DNA of 64,000 bases from Peptococcia bacterium (GCA_050951585.1 JBMNJI010000001.1:40-64039), one strand, 5' to 3'. Positions 20,156 through 30,948 are shown, counted from the stretch's first letter. Translations and numbers: made by a program. The notes: a model not told the origin generated them from the sequence alone.

Positions 20156-21193
20156 ATGGCCCGTTGTTCGTACGGAGGTCAGGCAGTTATTGAAGGCGTG
20201 ATGATGCGCGGTAAAAGGAAGATGGCCGTAGCGGTGCGGCGCACCCCGGAGGAGATTGTATTTGACCTGCGGAATGTTATTTCGATAACCGAACGCTACC
20301 GCTTTTTAGGGTTGCCTTTTATTCGGGGCGTAGTTGTCATGATTGAATCGATGGTGGAAGGGATCAAAACCCTTACCTATTCGGCGAACCAGGTTGTGGA
20401 GGGCGAAGAGGAAGGAGAGACTTTGAGTCCATGGGAACTCCGGCTTTCCGTTGCCTTTGCCCTGATAGCGGGAACCGCCCTCTTTGCGCTTTTACCGGCA
20501 GGATTGGCGCATTTGGTGAAAGAGTATGTGCCGGGGTATTTTTTGCAGAATCTGCTGGAGGGAATTCTCCGGATTGTCATCTTTCTCGCTTATGTGGTGG
20601 CCATTGCGTTTATGGAGGATATTCAGCGGGTTTTTCAATACCATGGGGCGGAACACAAAACAATTCATGCTTATGAAGCGGGCGAAGAGCTGACCCCCGA
20701 AAATGCCCGGAAATATTCTACCTTGCATCCCCGTTGCGGAACCAGTTTTTTGCTTTTTGTGATGGTCATCAGTATTCTCGTTTTTTCGCTGACCGGCGAA
20801 ACGGGACTGTGGATGCGCCTTCTTTCCCGGATTCTTTTGCTACCGGTGGTAGCGGGCGTGTCTTATGAGTTTTTAAAGCTGACGGGGAAATATCAGCATA
20901 TCTGGATCATGCGGCTGTTCAGCAAGCCGGGGCTGTATTTACAAAAGCTTACCACCAGGCAGCCTGACGACAGTCAATTAGAGGTAGCCATCTTTGCCCT
21001 GCAAAAAGTGATGGCGGCGGAGCAGGAAGAAGCACTGGGCAAAGAAGCCGAAAGCAAAACGGAAAGCGGAGCAGAAGCAGAGAGGAAAGAAGCAGAGAGT
21101 ATCGCCGCAGACAGTATAGAGGCGAGCGGTGTTGCGGCAGGAAATATAGAGGCGGAGAGGACAGCGGTAGGAAGCTCTGCCGCGGAAGTTTAG
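20156..21193 (+). CDS. DUF1385-domain membrane protein (YqhQ-like) with a low-complexity acidic C-terminal tail
   Basis: MARCSYGGQAVIEGVMMRG...YHGAEHKTIH...HPRCGTSF is the DUF1385 signature. It is upstream of prfA, as in many Firmicutes. The last ~70 aa are an E/A/S-rich tail. Confidence 0.85.
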   Translation: MARCSYGGQAVIEGVMMRGKRKMAVAVRRTPEEIVFDLRNVISITERYRFLGLPFIRGVVVMIESMVEGIKTLTYSANQVVEGEEEGETLSPWELRLSVAFALIAGTALFALLPAGLAHLVKEYVPGYFLQNLLEGILRIVIFLAYVVAIAFMEDIQRVFQYHGAEHKTIHAYEAGEELTPENARKYSTLHPRCGTSFLLFVMVISILVFSLTGETGLWMRLLSRILLLPVVAGVSYEFLKLTGKYQHIWIMRLFSKPGLYLQKLTTRQPDDSQLEVAIFALQKVMAAEQEEALGKEAESKTESGAEAERKEAESIAADSIEASGVAAGNIEAERTAVGSSAAEV

Positions 21194-21229
21194 AAGGCGG
21201 AAGCGAAACGGAAGGTGAAGTGAGAACAG

Positions 21230-22300
21230 ATGTTGGAGAAACTACAACAGTTGGAAGATCGCTATGAAGAGCTGACCAAATTAATTAGCGATCCGGAGGT
21301 AATCAGTAATCAGAATGAATGGAAAAAGCATACCAAAGCGCATGCTGCTCTTGAAGATGTCGTGACGGTATATCGTGAATATAAACAGGTTATGCAAAGC
21401 ATCAAGGATAACGAGGAGCTCCTTGCCGAGAATCAGGACCCGGAGTTTAGCGAGCTGATTGAAGCCGACCTGGCGGAACTAAAAGAAAAGGAAGCCAGGC
21501 TGGAGGATGAGCTGAAGGTGCTTTTACTGCCGAAAGATCCTAACGATGAAAAGAACGTCATCATGGAAATCAGAGGCGGCACCGGGGGCGAGGAGGCGGC
21601 CTTATTTGCGGCCGACCTCTTGAAAATGTATACCCGTTATGCGGAAACAAGAGGCTGGAAGATGGAAATGCTCTCCGGCAATTATACGGACATCGGCGGC
21701 TTTAAGGAAGCCATCGTGATGATTGAAGGGAAGGGCGCATATAGCCGGTTGAAGTTTGAAAGCGGTGTGCATCGGGTGCAGCGGGTACCCACCACGGAAT
21801 CGGGTGGTCGTATTCATACTTCGGCCGCGACGGTGGCCGTCTTGCCTGAAGCCGAAGAGGTGGATATCGAGATTGATCCCAATGATATCCGTGTTGATAT
21901 CTTTTGTTCGAGCGGTCCGGGCGGACAATCGGTTAATACAACCCAGTCGGCCATTCGCGTGACCCATATTCCGACCGGCATGGTGGTTTCCTGTCAGGAT
22001 GAAAAATCACAGCACAAGAACAAGGATAAAGCGATGAAGGTTCTGCGCGCCCGTTTACTGGAGAAGGCCCAGGAGGAGCAAATGGGCGAGATGGCCAGCG
22101 TTCGTCGTACGATGGTCGGAAGCGGCGACCGGAGCGAACGAATTCGCACCTATAATTTCCCCCAGGGCAGAGTAACCGATCATCGGATCGGACTCACTTC
22201 TTATCGTCTGGAGGATGTACTGCAAGGCGAACTGGATGAATTTATCGATGCCTTGATCACGAGTGACCAGGCTGAACAATTAAAGAGGGTGGATTCCTAA
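21230..22300 (+). CDS. prfA: peptide chain release factor 1
   Basis: [21 protein letters not shown] (the PxT region) and the [12 protein letters not shown] (GGQ) motif are present. Confidence 0.97.
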   Translation: MLEKLQQLEDRYEELTKLISDPEVISNQNEWKKHTKAHAALEDVVTVYREYKQVMQSIKDNEELLAENQDPEFSELIEADLAELKEKEARLEDELKVLLLPKDPNDEKNVIMEIRGGTGGEEAALFAADLLKMYTRYAETRGWKMEMLSGNYTDIGGFKEAIVMIEGKGAYSRLKFESGVHRVQRVPTTESGGRIHTSAATVAVLPEAEEVDIEIDPNDIRVDIFCSSGPGGQSVNTTQSAIRVTHIPTGMVVSCQDEKSQHKNKDKAMKVLRARLLEKAQEEQMGEMASVRRTMVGSGDRSERIRTYNFPQGRVTDHRIGLTSYRLEDVLQGELDEFIDALITSDQAEQLKRVDS

Positions 22301-23187
22301 TGACTGATCAGGAACGGCCGCATACCGGAGAAGAGGCTCTTCGGCGCGCGGCTTCCTTTTTCCGGGAGAAAGGGTGGACAGACCGGGCGGCTCAGCAGGA
22401 AGCAAGGCTGCTTTTGGCCAAAGTGTGGCGGAAGGATCTTTTGCATCTTTCGATCGGTCTAAAAGACCAGCCGGAGGAGACCGTCTGGGAGAATTTTTGG
22501 GCCTTGGTCAGGCGCAGAGGAAACCATGAACCGTTACATTACCTGCTGGGGGAAAAAGAATTTATGTCCCTCTCATTAAAGGTTTCTCCGGCAGTCTTGA
22601 TTCCGCGTTGGGATACGGAGGTACTGGCCGAAGAGGCCATTCGGCTGATGAAACCTTTGACACGGCCGCGCCTGCTTGATTTGGGAACAGGCAGTGGGGC
22701 CATTGCAGTAAGCCTCGCTTATTACCTGCCTGCGGCGGAGCTTGTAGCGGTTGATCTCTCTGCGGAGGCGCTGCGGATTGCCCGGGAAAATGCCCACAAG
22801 CTGGGGGTAGCCTCGCGGATCGATTTTCGGGAGGGGGATCTGTTTACCCCTCTGCGGGCGGAGGAATGCTTTGATTTAATTGTTTCCAATCCGCCTTACC
22901 TCACGGCGGACGAGATGCGTGCTTTGCCTCCGGACGTGCGGCAGGAACCGGCGCTGGCTTTGGCCGGCGGCGAGGACGGGTTGGATTTCTACCGGCGCAT
23001 TGCCCAAAAGGCGAAAAACCATTTAGGCCCGGACGGACATCTCTTGCTGGAGATAGGCTGGCAGCAAGGGGCGGCGGTCACGGCGCTGTTGGCCAAGCAG
23101 GGGCTTTCTCCGGTCAGAATACTCCGTGACCTGGAGGACAGAGACCGCGTGGTGGCATATTCGAAAGAAATTAATAGAAAAGGTTGA
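22300..23187 (+). CDS. prmC: release-factor glutamine N5-methyltransferase
   Basis: The start overlaps the prfA stop (TAATG). The SAM motif LDLGTGSGAI and the catalytic NPPY (IVSNPPYL) are present. Confidence 0.93.
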   Translation: MTDQERPHTGEEALRRAASFFREKGWTDRAAQQEARLLLAKVWRKDLLHLSIGLKDQPEETVWENFWALVRRRGNHEPLHYLLGEKEFMSLSLKVSPAVLIPRWDTEVLAEEAIRLMKPLTRPRLLDLGTGSGAIAVSLAYYLPAAELVAVDLSAEALRIARENAHKLGVASRIDFREGDLFTPLRAEECFDLIVSNPPYLTADEMRALPPDVRQEPALALAGGEDGLDFYRRIAQKAKNHLGPDGHLLLEIGWQQGAAVTALLAKQGLSPVRILRDLEDRDRVVAYSKEINRKG

Positions 23188-23194
23188 AGGGAAA

Positions 23195-24283
23195 ATGGAG
23201 ACAGTATTCTGGACTGTTTCGGCGGAAAAACCGGAGCAGGACATTATTAAGCAGGCGGCAGAGATTATTCGCCGCGGAGGCCTGGTGGCCTTTCCGACGG
23301 AAACAGTGTACGGACTCGGGGCCGATGGGCTAAATCCTGAGGCGGTAAGACGGATTTTTACGGCCAAAGGAAGGCCTTCCGACAATCCGTTAATTCTGCA
23401 TGTGGCCAGGCAGGAAGAGGTTTTTTGTTTGGCCGCGGAAGTAAAAGAGCAGGCTCAAGAGCTCATGCGGCGCTTCTGGCCCGGGCCGCTCACGCTTGTT
23501 TTGCCGAAGGCGGATTGTATTCCTGATGAGGTTACGGCGGGGTTGGATACGGTAGCGGTACGGATGCCGCGTCATCCGGTGGCGCTGGCTTTAATTGCCG
23601 CCGGCGGGGTACCCCTTGCGGCACCAAGCGCGAACCGTTCGGGTTATCCCAGCCCGACCACCGGGCGGCATGTTTATGCGGATTTGGCCGGGCGGATCGA
23701 GGCTGTTTTAGAAAGCGGACCGACGGGAGTCGGGTTGGAATCCACGGTGCTGGATTTATCCGGTGAAGTACCGGCCATCCTGCGCCCCGGCGGGATTACG
23801 CGGGAAGAATTACAGGCTGTGCTGGGCACCGTCATGATTGACCCCGGCTTGCTTGACCCGCGGCAAAAGCCCAAGGCCCCGGGCATGAAATATACCCATT
23901 ATGCGCCCCGGGCGGCTGTGTACTTGTTAAGGGGGCCAAGCAGAGAGAAGAAAGCGTTAAAAATCCGCGAATTAGTCGGGGAAAGCGCCCGCAAAGGGGA
24001 AAAAGTAGGGCTCCTGCTCACCAGCGAGACCTGGCAATGCTTCCGCGACTTGTCTGCTTCCCGGCAACGGCAGGACTTGCCGGAGAACGTCACCTACGCG
24101 CGGGATTTAGGGAGCAGTGCTCATCTGGAGGAAATTGCCCATGTCTTGTATGGCGAATTAAGGAACTGTGATGCGGCTGAGGTGGATCTGATTTATACGG
24201 AAACGTATCAGGAAGAAGGACTGGGCGCCGCCCTCATGAACCGCTTATTAAAATCGGCTGGTTATAAGATAATTGATACATAA
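23195..24283 (+). CDS. tsaC: L-threonylcarbamoyladenylate synthase (Sua5/YwlC type, with Sua5 C-terminal domain)
   Basis: GGLVAFPTETVYGLGADG...KGRPSDNPLILHV...SANRSG. ATG 23195 follows an RBS; the ORF-track start 23126 is too far upstream. Confidence 0.92.
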   Translation: METVFWTVSAEKPEQDIIKQAAEIIRRGGLVAFPTETVYGLGADGLNPEAVRRIFTAKGRPSDNPLILHVARQEEVFCLAAEVKEQAQELMRRFWPGPLTLVLPKADCIPDEVTAGLDTVAVRMPRHPVALALIAAGGVPLAAPSANRSGYPSPTTGRHVYADLAGRIEAVLESGPTGVGLESTVLDLSGEVPAILRPGGITREELQAVLGTVMIDPGLLDPRQKPKAPGMKYTHYAPRAAVYLLRGPSREKKALKIRELVGESARKGEKVGLLLTSETWQCFRDLSASRQRQDLPENVTYARDLGSSAHLEEIAHVLYGELRNCDAAEVDLIYTETYQEEGLGAALMNRLLKSAGYKIIDT

Positions 24284-24345
24284 GTATAGATAAATAGCAC
24301 TGCCGTTAAACTAATAATGTGATCACTGTTGAAGGGAGCACTGTC

Positions 24346-24945
24346 GTGGATTATGCAACGGTTTTATTGGTTTCGGTTGCTTTAGGAATAGATGCTTTTT
24401 CCGTGGCGATTGGGCTTGGCTTAATGGGGGTAAAAGTGAGGGAGATTCTTCTCGTTTCGGGTGTGGTCAGTATTTTTCACGTCTTTATGCCTCTCACCGG
24501 GCTCTATCTGGGAGGCTATCTGGGCAGCGTTGCCGGACCCGTGGCCTCCCTTATCGGGGCTTTGGTGCTGGTAGCGATCGGGTTGAATATATGCTGGGAC
24601 AGCCTCCGGGACTCCAGTTGGCTACGGAGCGCACGCCCAAAAGACGGCGGCGCGGAAAAAGTGATGACGAAAGGAAACGGGATGACGGTCAATTTCCGCA
24701 GTCCGGTTAGTTTAATCGTGATGGCGGGCAGTGTCAGCCTCGATGCGTTGTCCGTGGGTTTCGGACTGGGAACTTTAAAAGTTGATTTATGGTTGACCGT
24801 CATCACCATGGGCGTTATCGCGGGGTTGATGACGGCAACCGGGATGGCGTTTGGCAAAGGTTTGCACAGCATAGTGGGAGAAAAAGCCGGCATTATCGGC
24901 GGCATTATTTTAGTGATAATCGGGCTGAGGATATTAATCAGTTAA
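24346..24945 (+). CDS. mntP: manganese efflux pump MntP
   Basis: Six-TM protein with duplicated DAFSV / DALSVG motifs. It occupies the position of B. subtilis ywlD (mntP). Confidence 0.85.
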   Translation: MDYATVLLVSVALGIDAFSVAIGLGLMGVKVREILLVSGVVSIFHVFMPLTGLYLGGYLGSVAGPVASLIGALVLVAIGLNICWDSLRDSSWLRSARPKDGGAEKVMTKGNGMTVNFRSPVSLIVMAGSVSLDALSVGFGLGTLKVDLWLTVITMGVIAGLMTATGMAFGKGLHSIVGEKAGIIGGIILVIIGLRILIS

Positions 24946-25020
24946 GAAAAAGGAGAAGGCCAACATTCGGAGAATATGTTTATATGTTGACAGAAGGTTC
25001 GTGAGAGGAGGACTGGGGAA

Positions 25021-25803
25021 ATGACTGCCAAAACCATTCTTTTCGTATGTACCGGCAATACTTGTCGCAGTTCGATGGCAGAAGCTTTAGCCAGGGATTT
25101 TCTGCGAAGCCGAATTGCCGATCAGGCCGAATACAATGTGGAATGTATCCAATGTGCCCAAGATGCCGCCGAGACAACGGAACCGGCGATCAAAGTTTTA
25201 TCTGCCGGGACGGGAGCGATTGAAAATGAGCCGGCCTCACCCCAAGCCAAGCGGGTTATGGCGGACTGGGGCCTGGATTTATCCCAGCACCGGGCGCGGT
25301 TTTTGACCACCAAAATGGTGCAGGAAGCAGATCTAATCCTTACCATGACAGAGAGGCACAAGGATTATATCGAAGAAATCATGCCCGATGCTCGTGGCAA
25401 AGTATTCTTGCTGAAAGAATATGCGCAGGATGAGAATGGCCTGCTGGCCTTAAAGGAGAAAGCCGACAGGCTTTACCGGCAGATTGAAAAGAAAAAACGG
25501 GCCTTTTTCCAGGAACATCGTCCGGAGATTGAGGCTTTGGGGAAACGCAAAGAGGAACTGTTGAAACAGTTAAAGGAGATTGACAATGAATACAGCGTCT
25601 GGGAAAAGCAATTAGCCCAGATTGCCGGGGAAGAGCTGCGGGAATTGGAAAAGGTTGAAGCCGAACTGAAGAACCGGGATATTTATGATCCTTTTGGCCA
25701 GCCGGTGGATTCTTACCGGAAATGTGCCGAGGAGCTTAGGGAATATATCGCGAAGGCTTTGACAAGATTTTTGCAGGAAAATTCTTCTTCCAAGTCGAAA
25801 TAA
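25021..25803 (+). CDS. ywlE: low-molecular-weight protein phosphatase (YwlE-like arginine/tyrosine phosphatase) with large insertions
   Basis: The P-loop ILFVCTGNTCRSSMAEA and the DPFG loop (DIYDPFGQP) are present. The protein is 260 aa against roughly 150 aa for typical family members. Confidence 0.8.
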   Translation: MTAKTILFVCTGNTCRSSMAEALARDFLRSRIADQAEYNVECIQCAQDAAETTEPAIKVLSAGTGAIENEPASPQAKRVMADWGLDLSQHRARFLTTKMVQEADLILTMTERHKDYIEEIMPDARGKVFLLKEYAQDENGLLALKEKADRLYRQIEKKKRAFFQEHRPEIEALGKRKEELLKQLKEIDNEYSVWEKQLAQIAGEELRELEKVEAELKNRDIYDPFGQPVDSYRKCAEELREYIAKALTRFLQENSSSKSK

Positions 25804-25838
25804 GGAATATTATTTTCACAAATATCTTTGTAAAGGGG

Positions 25839-26300
25839 ATGCGGACAGTTTTGGCGAAAATAGCGCTAGGTTCTGATCATGGCGGTTATCAGTTAAAAGA
25901 GGAAATCAAAAAGTGGCTGACCGAGCGGAAAGAACAATATGAAATCAGGGATTTTGGCACCTTCAGTACGGAGTCATGTGATTATCCCGATATCGCCAAG
26001 CCGGTGGCGGAGGCGGTAGCGGCGGGCGAATGCGCTCTGGGTATTCTTGTCTGCGGGACGGGGATCGGCGTGAGTATTGTGGCGAACAAGATTCCGGGAA
26101 TCCGCGCCGCGTTGTGCAGTGATACTTTTTCGGCGAAAGCTTCCCGTGAGCATAATGATGCCAACATCCTGACATTGGGGGAAAGAGTAATCGGGCGGGG
26201 CTTAGCCTTAGAAATAGTCGAAGCCTGGCTCGCGACTCCCTTTGCCGGGGGAAGGCATCAACGCCGGGTCGATAAAATTACTGCCCTTGACCAAAGGTAA
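25839..26300 (+). CDS. rpiB: ribose-5-phosphate isomerase B
   Basis: IALGSDHGGYQLKEEIKKWL...ILVCGTGIGVSIVANK...HNDANILTLGERV. Confidence 0.95.
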   Translation: MRTVLAKIALGSDHGGYQLKEEIKKWLTERKEQYEIRDFGTFSTESCDYPDIAKPVAEAVAAGECALGILVCGTGIGVSIVANKIPGIRAALCSDTFSAKASREHNDANILTLGERVIGRGLALEIVEAWLATPFAGGRHQRRVDKITALDQR

Positions 26301-26353
26301 AGCAAAGGCAAAGCAAAGCGCAAAGCAAAGGTAAAGCAAAGGTAAGCCGAAAG
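26293..26353. repeat. purine-rich imperfect tandem repeat (aaagcaaagg-like units)
   Basis: aaaggtaaagcaaaggcaaagcaaagcgcaaagcaaaggtaaagcaaaggtaagccgaaag spans the rpiB stop codon. Confidence 0.8.
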
Positions 26354-26458
26354 ACGCCGAGGCAAAATATTTTTCGACAAGCGGAAAACTTTCTGCTGAG
26401 GCGTTATCACGACAGTGTAGGTAGGGCAAGGACATGGGTGTGACGTAAGGGGGGTGTT

Positions 26459-27010
26459 ATGGTGGAGCTTAGCGGGATTACCAAAGAAATGCAGACCGCT
26501 TTGCAAGAGTTATTGGCGGTGGCCGGCTTACGGGAAAAACAGCTTTTGGTTGTGGGGTGCAGTACCAGTGAAGTAATTGGCAAGAAAATCGGGACGGCTT
26601 CGAGCATGGAAGTGGCGGCGGCTTTATGGGATGGGCTTTATCCCCTTGCCAAGGAACAGGGGATTTATCTGGCCATCCAATGCTGTGAGCATTTGAACAG
26701 AGCGTTGGTAATAGAGGAAGAGGCCATGGAAAAATATAATCTGGAAGAGGTCTCTGTCTATCCGGTGCAGGGAGCGGGAGGAAGTTTGGCGAACCAGGCC
26801 ATGCGGTCTTTCCAGCACCCGGTCGTGGTGGAAAAAATCCAGGCGCACGCGGGCATAGACATTGGTGATACCTTTATCGGGATGCATTTAAGACCGGTGG
26901 CCGTGCCAGTGCGGGGCACTCTTCAGAAGATTGGCGAGGCGCACTTGACAATGGCCCGCACCAGGGCAAAACTCATTGGCGGGGAAAGGGCGCATTATCA
27001 TTGCGATTAA
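26459..27010 (+). CDS. ywlG: TIGR01440/UPF0340 family protein (YwlG homolog)
   Basis: LLVVGCSTSEVIGKKIGTASS...AIQCCEHLNRALV... is present. It lies between rpiB and glyA, as in B. subtilis. Confidence 0.85.
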   Translation: MVELSGITKEMQTALQELLAVAGLREKQLLVVGCSTSEVIGKKIGTASSMEVAAALWDGLYPLAKEQGIYLAIQCCEHLNRALVIEEEAMEKYNLEEVSVYPVQGAGGSLANQAMRSFQHPVVVEKIQAHAGIDIGDTFIGMHLRPVAVPVRGTLQKIGEAHLTMARTRAKLIGGERAHYHCD

Positions 27011-27076
27011 ATGCGATTAAATATTAAATTAAATAGATGATATTTGTGCGAAGCACAGAGAAAGGGAGAGAAGAAG

Positions 27077-28342
27077 ATGGATTATATCGAGAAGTATGTT
27101 TCACCGGTTGACCCGGAACTGGCAGAGTATATTGCCGGAGAAGAAAAAAGGCAATTAAACAAGATTGAGTTGATTGCGTCGGAAAATTTTGTGAGCAGAG
27201 CAGTAATGGCGGCCCAGGGGTCGGTTCTGACGAACAAATATGCGGAAGGATATCCGGCCAAGCGTTACTACGGCGGTTGTGAATGGGTGGACAAGGTTGA
27301 AGATTTGGCGCGGGACAGAGCCAAAGCCATTTTCGGGGCGGAGCATGCCAATGTGCAGCCGCACTCCGGGGCGCAGGCGAATACGGCCGTGTATTTTGCC
27401 CTGGCAAACCCCGGGGACACCATCCTGGGGATGAACCTAAGCCATGGCGGGCACTTGACTCATGGGAGCCCGGTGAACATCTCGGGGAAATATTTCAATT
27501 TTGTCGCTTATGGGGTTAATCAGGAGACCGAGCGAATCGACTATGATGATTTAGCCCGGATTGCCCGGGAGGCAAAACCGAGAATCATCGTTTCCGGAGC
27601 CAGCGCCTACCCCAGAATTATTGATTTTGCGAAAATCGCGGAGATCTGCCGCGAAGTCGGAGCCCTCATGATGGTGGATATGGCCCATATTGCCGGTCTG
27701 GTTGCGGCGGGGCTGCATCCCAATCCCTGCCTTTATGCCGATGTGGTAACGACCACAACGCACAAAACCCTGCGTGGGCCGCGGGGCGGGATGATTTTAT
27801 GCAAGGAGCAATATGCGAAAGACATTGACAAAGCCATTTTCCCGGGAATTCAGGGCGGACCGCTCATGCATGTGATTGCGGGGAAGGCGGCAGCATTTAA
27901 GGAAGCACAGGAGCCGGCCTTTAAGGGTTATCAGCAGCAGATCATTAATAATGCGCAGACCTTAGCCCAAGGGCTTACCGCCAAAGGGTTCCGTCTTATT
28001 TCCGGGGGGACCGACAATCATCTCATGCTCGTTGACCTTAGAAGCAAGGAGATTACCGGGAAGGAAGCCGAGCATCTCTTAGATGAAGCAGGGGTAACCG
28101 TAAATAAGAATACCATTCCCTTTGATCCGCAGAGTCCGTTTGTCACCAGCGGAATCAGAGTCGGCACACCGGCTGTGACTACCCGCGGCATGAAAGAGGC
28201 GGAAATGGAGAAAATTGCGGAGATTATTGATTTGGTGATTACCCACCGGGCCGATAGCGGCGCCCAGGCCAAGGCTAAAGAAATGGTGAAAACACTCACG
28301 GGGGCATTCCCGCTGGTGGCTGGCGATATTGCGGTCAGGTAA
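27077..28342 (+). CDS. glyA: serine hydroxymethyltransferase
   Basis: [10 protein letters not shown]...[15 protein letters not shown]...[14 protein letters not shown] (PLP lysine). ATG 27077 gives the canonical N-terminus. Confidence 0.97.
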   Translation: MDYIEKYVSPVDPELAEYIAGEEKRQLNKIELIASENFVSRAVMAAQGSVLTNKYAEGYPAKRYYGGCEWVDKVEDLARDRAKAIFGAEHANVQPHSGAQANTAVYFALANPGDTILGMNLSHGGHLTHGSPVNISGKYFNFVAYGVNQETERIDYDDLARIAREAKPRIIVSGASAYPRIIDFAKIAEICREVGALMMVDMAHIAGLVAAGLHPNPCLYADVVTTTTHKTLRGPRGGMILCKEQYAKDIDKAIFPGIQGGPLMHVIAGKAAAFKEAQEPAFKGYQQQIINNAQTLAQGLTAKGFRLISGGTDNHLMLVDLRSKEITGKEAEHLLDEAGVTVNKNTIPFDPQSPFVTSGIRVGTPAVTTRGMKEAEMEKIAEIIDLVITHRADSGAQAKAKEMVKTLTGAFPLVAGDIAVR

Positions 28343-28405
28343 ATAATAACGAAGGCAATTGGCAGCATAGCTGCCGTTGCCGACCAAAGAGTTAGAGGTG
28401 AGGAA

Positions 28406-28846
28406 ATGCGGCCGTCCTGGGATGATTACTTTATGGAAATTGCCGAGGTTGTGGCGACGCGGTCTACTTGTATCCGCCGCCGGGTAGGAGCGATTTTGGT
28501 TAAGGACAAAAGGATCCTGGCCACGGGATATAATGGGGCTCCGGCGGGGATCCGGCACTGTGGGGAGTCCGGTTGTTTGCGGGAAAAAATGGAGATCCCT
28601 TCGGGCGAAAGACACGAATTATGCCGGGGGCTTCATGCCGAACAAAATGCCATTATTCAATGCGCCTTGCATGGCGTCAATCTTCAGGGAGCCTCCTTGT
28701 ACTCCACGACCCAACCCTGTGTCTTGTGCAGCAAAATGTTGATTAATGCGGGAATTAAAGTAATCGTCTTTAAGGGTTCTTATCCCGACGAGTTGTCCTT
28801 AAACCTTTTGCGGGAAGCCGGGATAGAATTAAGGCAAAAGAAATAG
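28406..28846 (+). CDS. deoxycytidylate (dCMP) deaminase, ComEB-like
   Basis: The zinc motifs HAEQNAI and [14 protein letters not shown] are present. Size is 146 aa. Confidence 0.9.
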   Translation: MRPSWDDYFMEIAEVVATRSTCIRRRVGAILVKDKRILATGYNGAPAGIRHCGESGCLREKMEIPSGERHELCRGLHAEQNAIIQCALHGVNLQGASLYSTTQPCVLCSKMLINAGIKVIVFKGSYPDELSLNLLREAGIELRQKK

Positions 28847-28872
28847 AAAATTGGTTGAAAAAAATTTTAATA

Positions 28873-28910
28873 AAAGAAAGCGCCGTTTTTTGGCGCTTTC
28901 TTTTCGTTTT
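28873..28910. terminator. bidirectional rho-independent terminator between convergent genes
   Basis: A 12-bp stem aaagaaagcgcc / ggcgctttcttt is flanked by T-runs on both strands. Confidence 0.8.
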
Positions 28911-29022
28911 TTCCTTCTTGCTTCTTCTTACGCTGATATACGCGGTATTCGGGTAAAATGTAAAAAATACTGACTAGTATTGACAATAGTAGGTTTATAC
29001 GATATATTCATATTCGGTTAAA

Positions 29023-29541
29023 CTATTTAAAATCCTTATACAACTGGCTAGGCACGATGCCACGGTTGTTCTGATATTTGACAGATGAGTATTTTTTAAA
29101 TGTTCCTTCTATATTATGGTAGAATATTTGACAAATTTGTACATCAGGGTAAATACGAACAGGCTGTATGCAGGTAATTTCCAAGGTCCAGTACCCGGCA
29201 AAACCTACATCACCAAAGCCGGCGCTGGAATGTACGCTGATGCCTAAACGCCCGATGGAGGATCTTCCTTCGAGCATGGGAACATAATTTTCAGTTCGGG
29301 TATATTCAGCCGTACGCCCCAGGTACAAGATCCCTGGTTCAATAACAAGACCTTCTGGGGGGATAACCAGGGTCGTGGTCTTATTCTCTTTTTTCATGTC
29401 GAGGCATGGTTCCTGATAGACGACCAGTTCGTTATGTAAGGTCAGATTGTAGCTGTTGGGATTTAAGTGAGCCGGATTAAAGGGATCGATAAAAATTTCC
29501 TTGCCCAGCTTTTCCCGGATCGCTAGTCCAGAGAGGATCAT
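29023..29541 (-). CDS. dcd: dCTP deaminase
   Basis: MILSGLAIREKLGKEIFIDPFNPAHLNPNSYNLTLHNELVVY...MLEGRSSIGRLG...GFGDVGFAGYWTLEI is the typical short Firmicute Dcd sequence. Confidence 0.92.
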   Translation of the reverse strand: MILSGLAIREKLGKEIFIDPFNPAHLNPNSYNLTLHNELVVYQEPCLDMKKENKTTTLVIPPEGLVIEPGILYLGRTAEYTRTENYVPMLEGRSSIGRLGISVHSSAGFGDVGFAGYWTLEITCIQPVRIYPDVQICQIFYHNIEGTFKKYSSVKYQNNRGIVPSQLYKDFK

Positions 29542-29730
29542 AATATAAACTCCTTTCCAATTTGTCTTCCTCTCTTATTTTACCTCAGATCTGCCCAAAC
29601 GGGAATTTATTATCGACAAATACTTTCAAGAAAATATATTTTGCGAGATATGTGATAGAATATTTAAAGATGGGATTGATTTTCTCTTTTTGGTTTTGCA
29701 ATGACATAATTTATTAGGAGAATAAGTGAA

Positions 29731-30906
29731 ATGAATAATGTGCAGACGAAAAAAGTATTGACGATTTTTGGGACAAGACCGGAAGCAATCAAAATGGCCC
29801 CTTTGGTGTGGGCGTTGAAGCGCGATCCGCGGATCAATTGTAAAATAGCGGTTACGGCACAGCATCGGGAGATGCTGGATCAGGTTTTGGAACTTTTTCA
29901 TCTTATTCCCGATTATGATTTAGACATCATGCAAGCGGGGCAGACCCCGTTTGATATAACTTCGCGTGCCCTTTTTGGTTTGCGGGATGTCCTGCAGCGG
30001 GAAAAATTCGATCTTATTTTGGTCCATGGAGATACCAGTACGACCTTTGCCGGGGCTTTAGCCTCTTATTATTTGCAGATACCGGTAGCGCATGTGGAGG
30101 CCGGGTTAAGGTCGGGCAATAAGTATTCCCCTTTTCCGGAAGAAATGAATCGGCGACTGACAGGGGCATTGGCCGACTTGCACTTTGCCCCGACGGTGAA
30201 AGCGCAGGAGGAATTATTAAAGGAAGGTCATGACCCTGCCGCAATATATATCACAGGGAACACGGTTATTGATGCACTTTTGAGTATTGTGGACCGGGAA
30301 TACCGGTTTAGCGATCCTGTTTTAAGGAGTATTGATTTTGCCAGGCAACGGGTTCTTGTGTTAACGACTCATCGCCGGGAGAACCTTGGTGAGCCGATGC
30401 GGCAGATTTATTATGCGTTGAGGGAGATTGTGGAGGAATTCTCCGATGTAGTGGTTGTTTTTCCGGTGCACAAGAATCCCGCTGTGCGCCGCGTGGCCCA
30501 GGAAGTACTGGGCAATATTGAGAGAATTAAATTAATCGAGCCGTTAGAATATCTGCCTTTTGGCAATTTGATGGATAGATCCTTCCTGGTACTTACAGAT
30601 TCGGGGGGCTTACAGGAAGAAGCGCCTTCCCTGGGTAAGCCGGTGCTTGTTTTACGGGAAAATACCGAACGTCCTGAAGCGATTGAGGCCGGGACAGTAA
30701 AATTGGTCGGGCTGAACAGGGAAAGGATTTTTGATGCGACCAAAAAACTTTTAACAGATCAGGAAGCGTATAACAAGATGGCGAAAGCCGTTAATCCCTA
30801 CGGGGACGGGAAGGCCAGCTCGCGAATTGTTGAGGCGTTATATCATTACTGGGGCTGGCGGGCCGAGCGGCCGCAACCTTTTATACATAAACAGCGCCAG
30901 GAATAA
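29731..30906 (+). CDS. wecB: UDP-N-acetylglucosamine 2-epimerase (non-hydrolysing)
   Basis: VLTIFGTRPEAIKMAP...VHGDTSTTFAGALA...HVEAGLRS...FPEE...TDSGGLQEEAPSLGKPVLVLRENTERPE. Confidence 0.95.
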   Translation: MNNVQTKKVLTIFGTRPEAIKMAPLVWALKRDPRINCKIAVTAQHREMLDQVLELFHLIPDYDLDIMQAGQTPFDITSRALFGLRDVLQREKFDLILVHGDTSTTFAGALASYYLQIPVAHVEAGLRSGNKYSPFPEEMNRRLTGALADLHFAPTVKAQEELLKEGHDPAAIYITGNTVIDALLSIVDREYRFSDPVLRSIDFARQRVLVLTTHRRENLGEPMRQIYYALREIVEEFSDVVVVFPVHKNPAVRRVAQEVLGNIERIKLIEPLEYLPFGNLMDRSFLVLTDSGGLQEEAPSLGKPVLVLRENTERPEAIEAGTVKLVGLNRERIFDATKKLLTDQEAYNKMAKAVNPYGDGKASSRIVEALYHYWGWRAERPQPFIHKQRQE

Positions 30907-30948
30907 TATATGTATTTAAGATAAATTATTGATAATTGGTGAAGAAAG

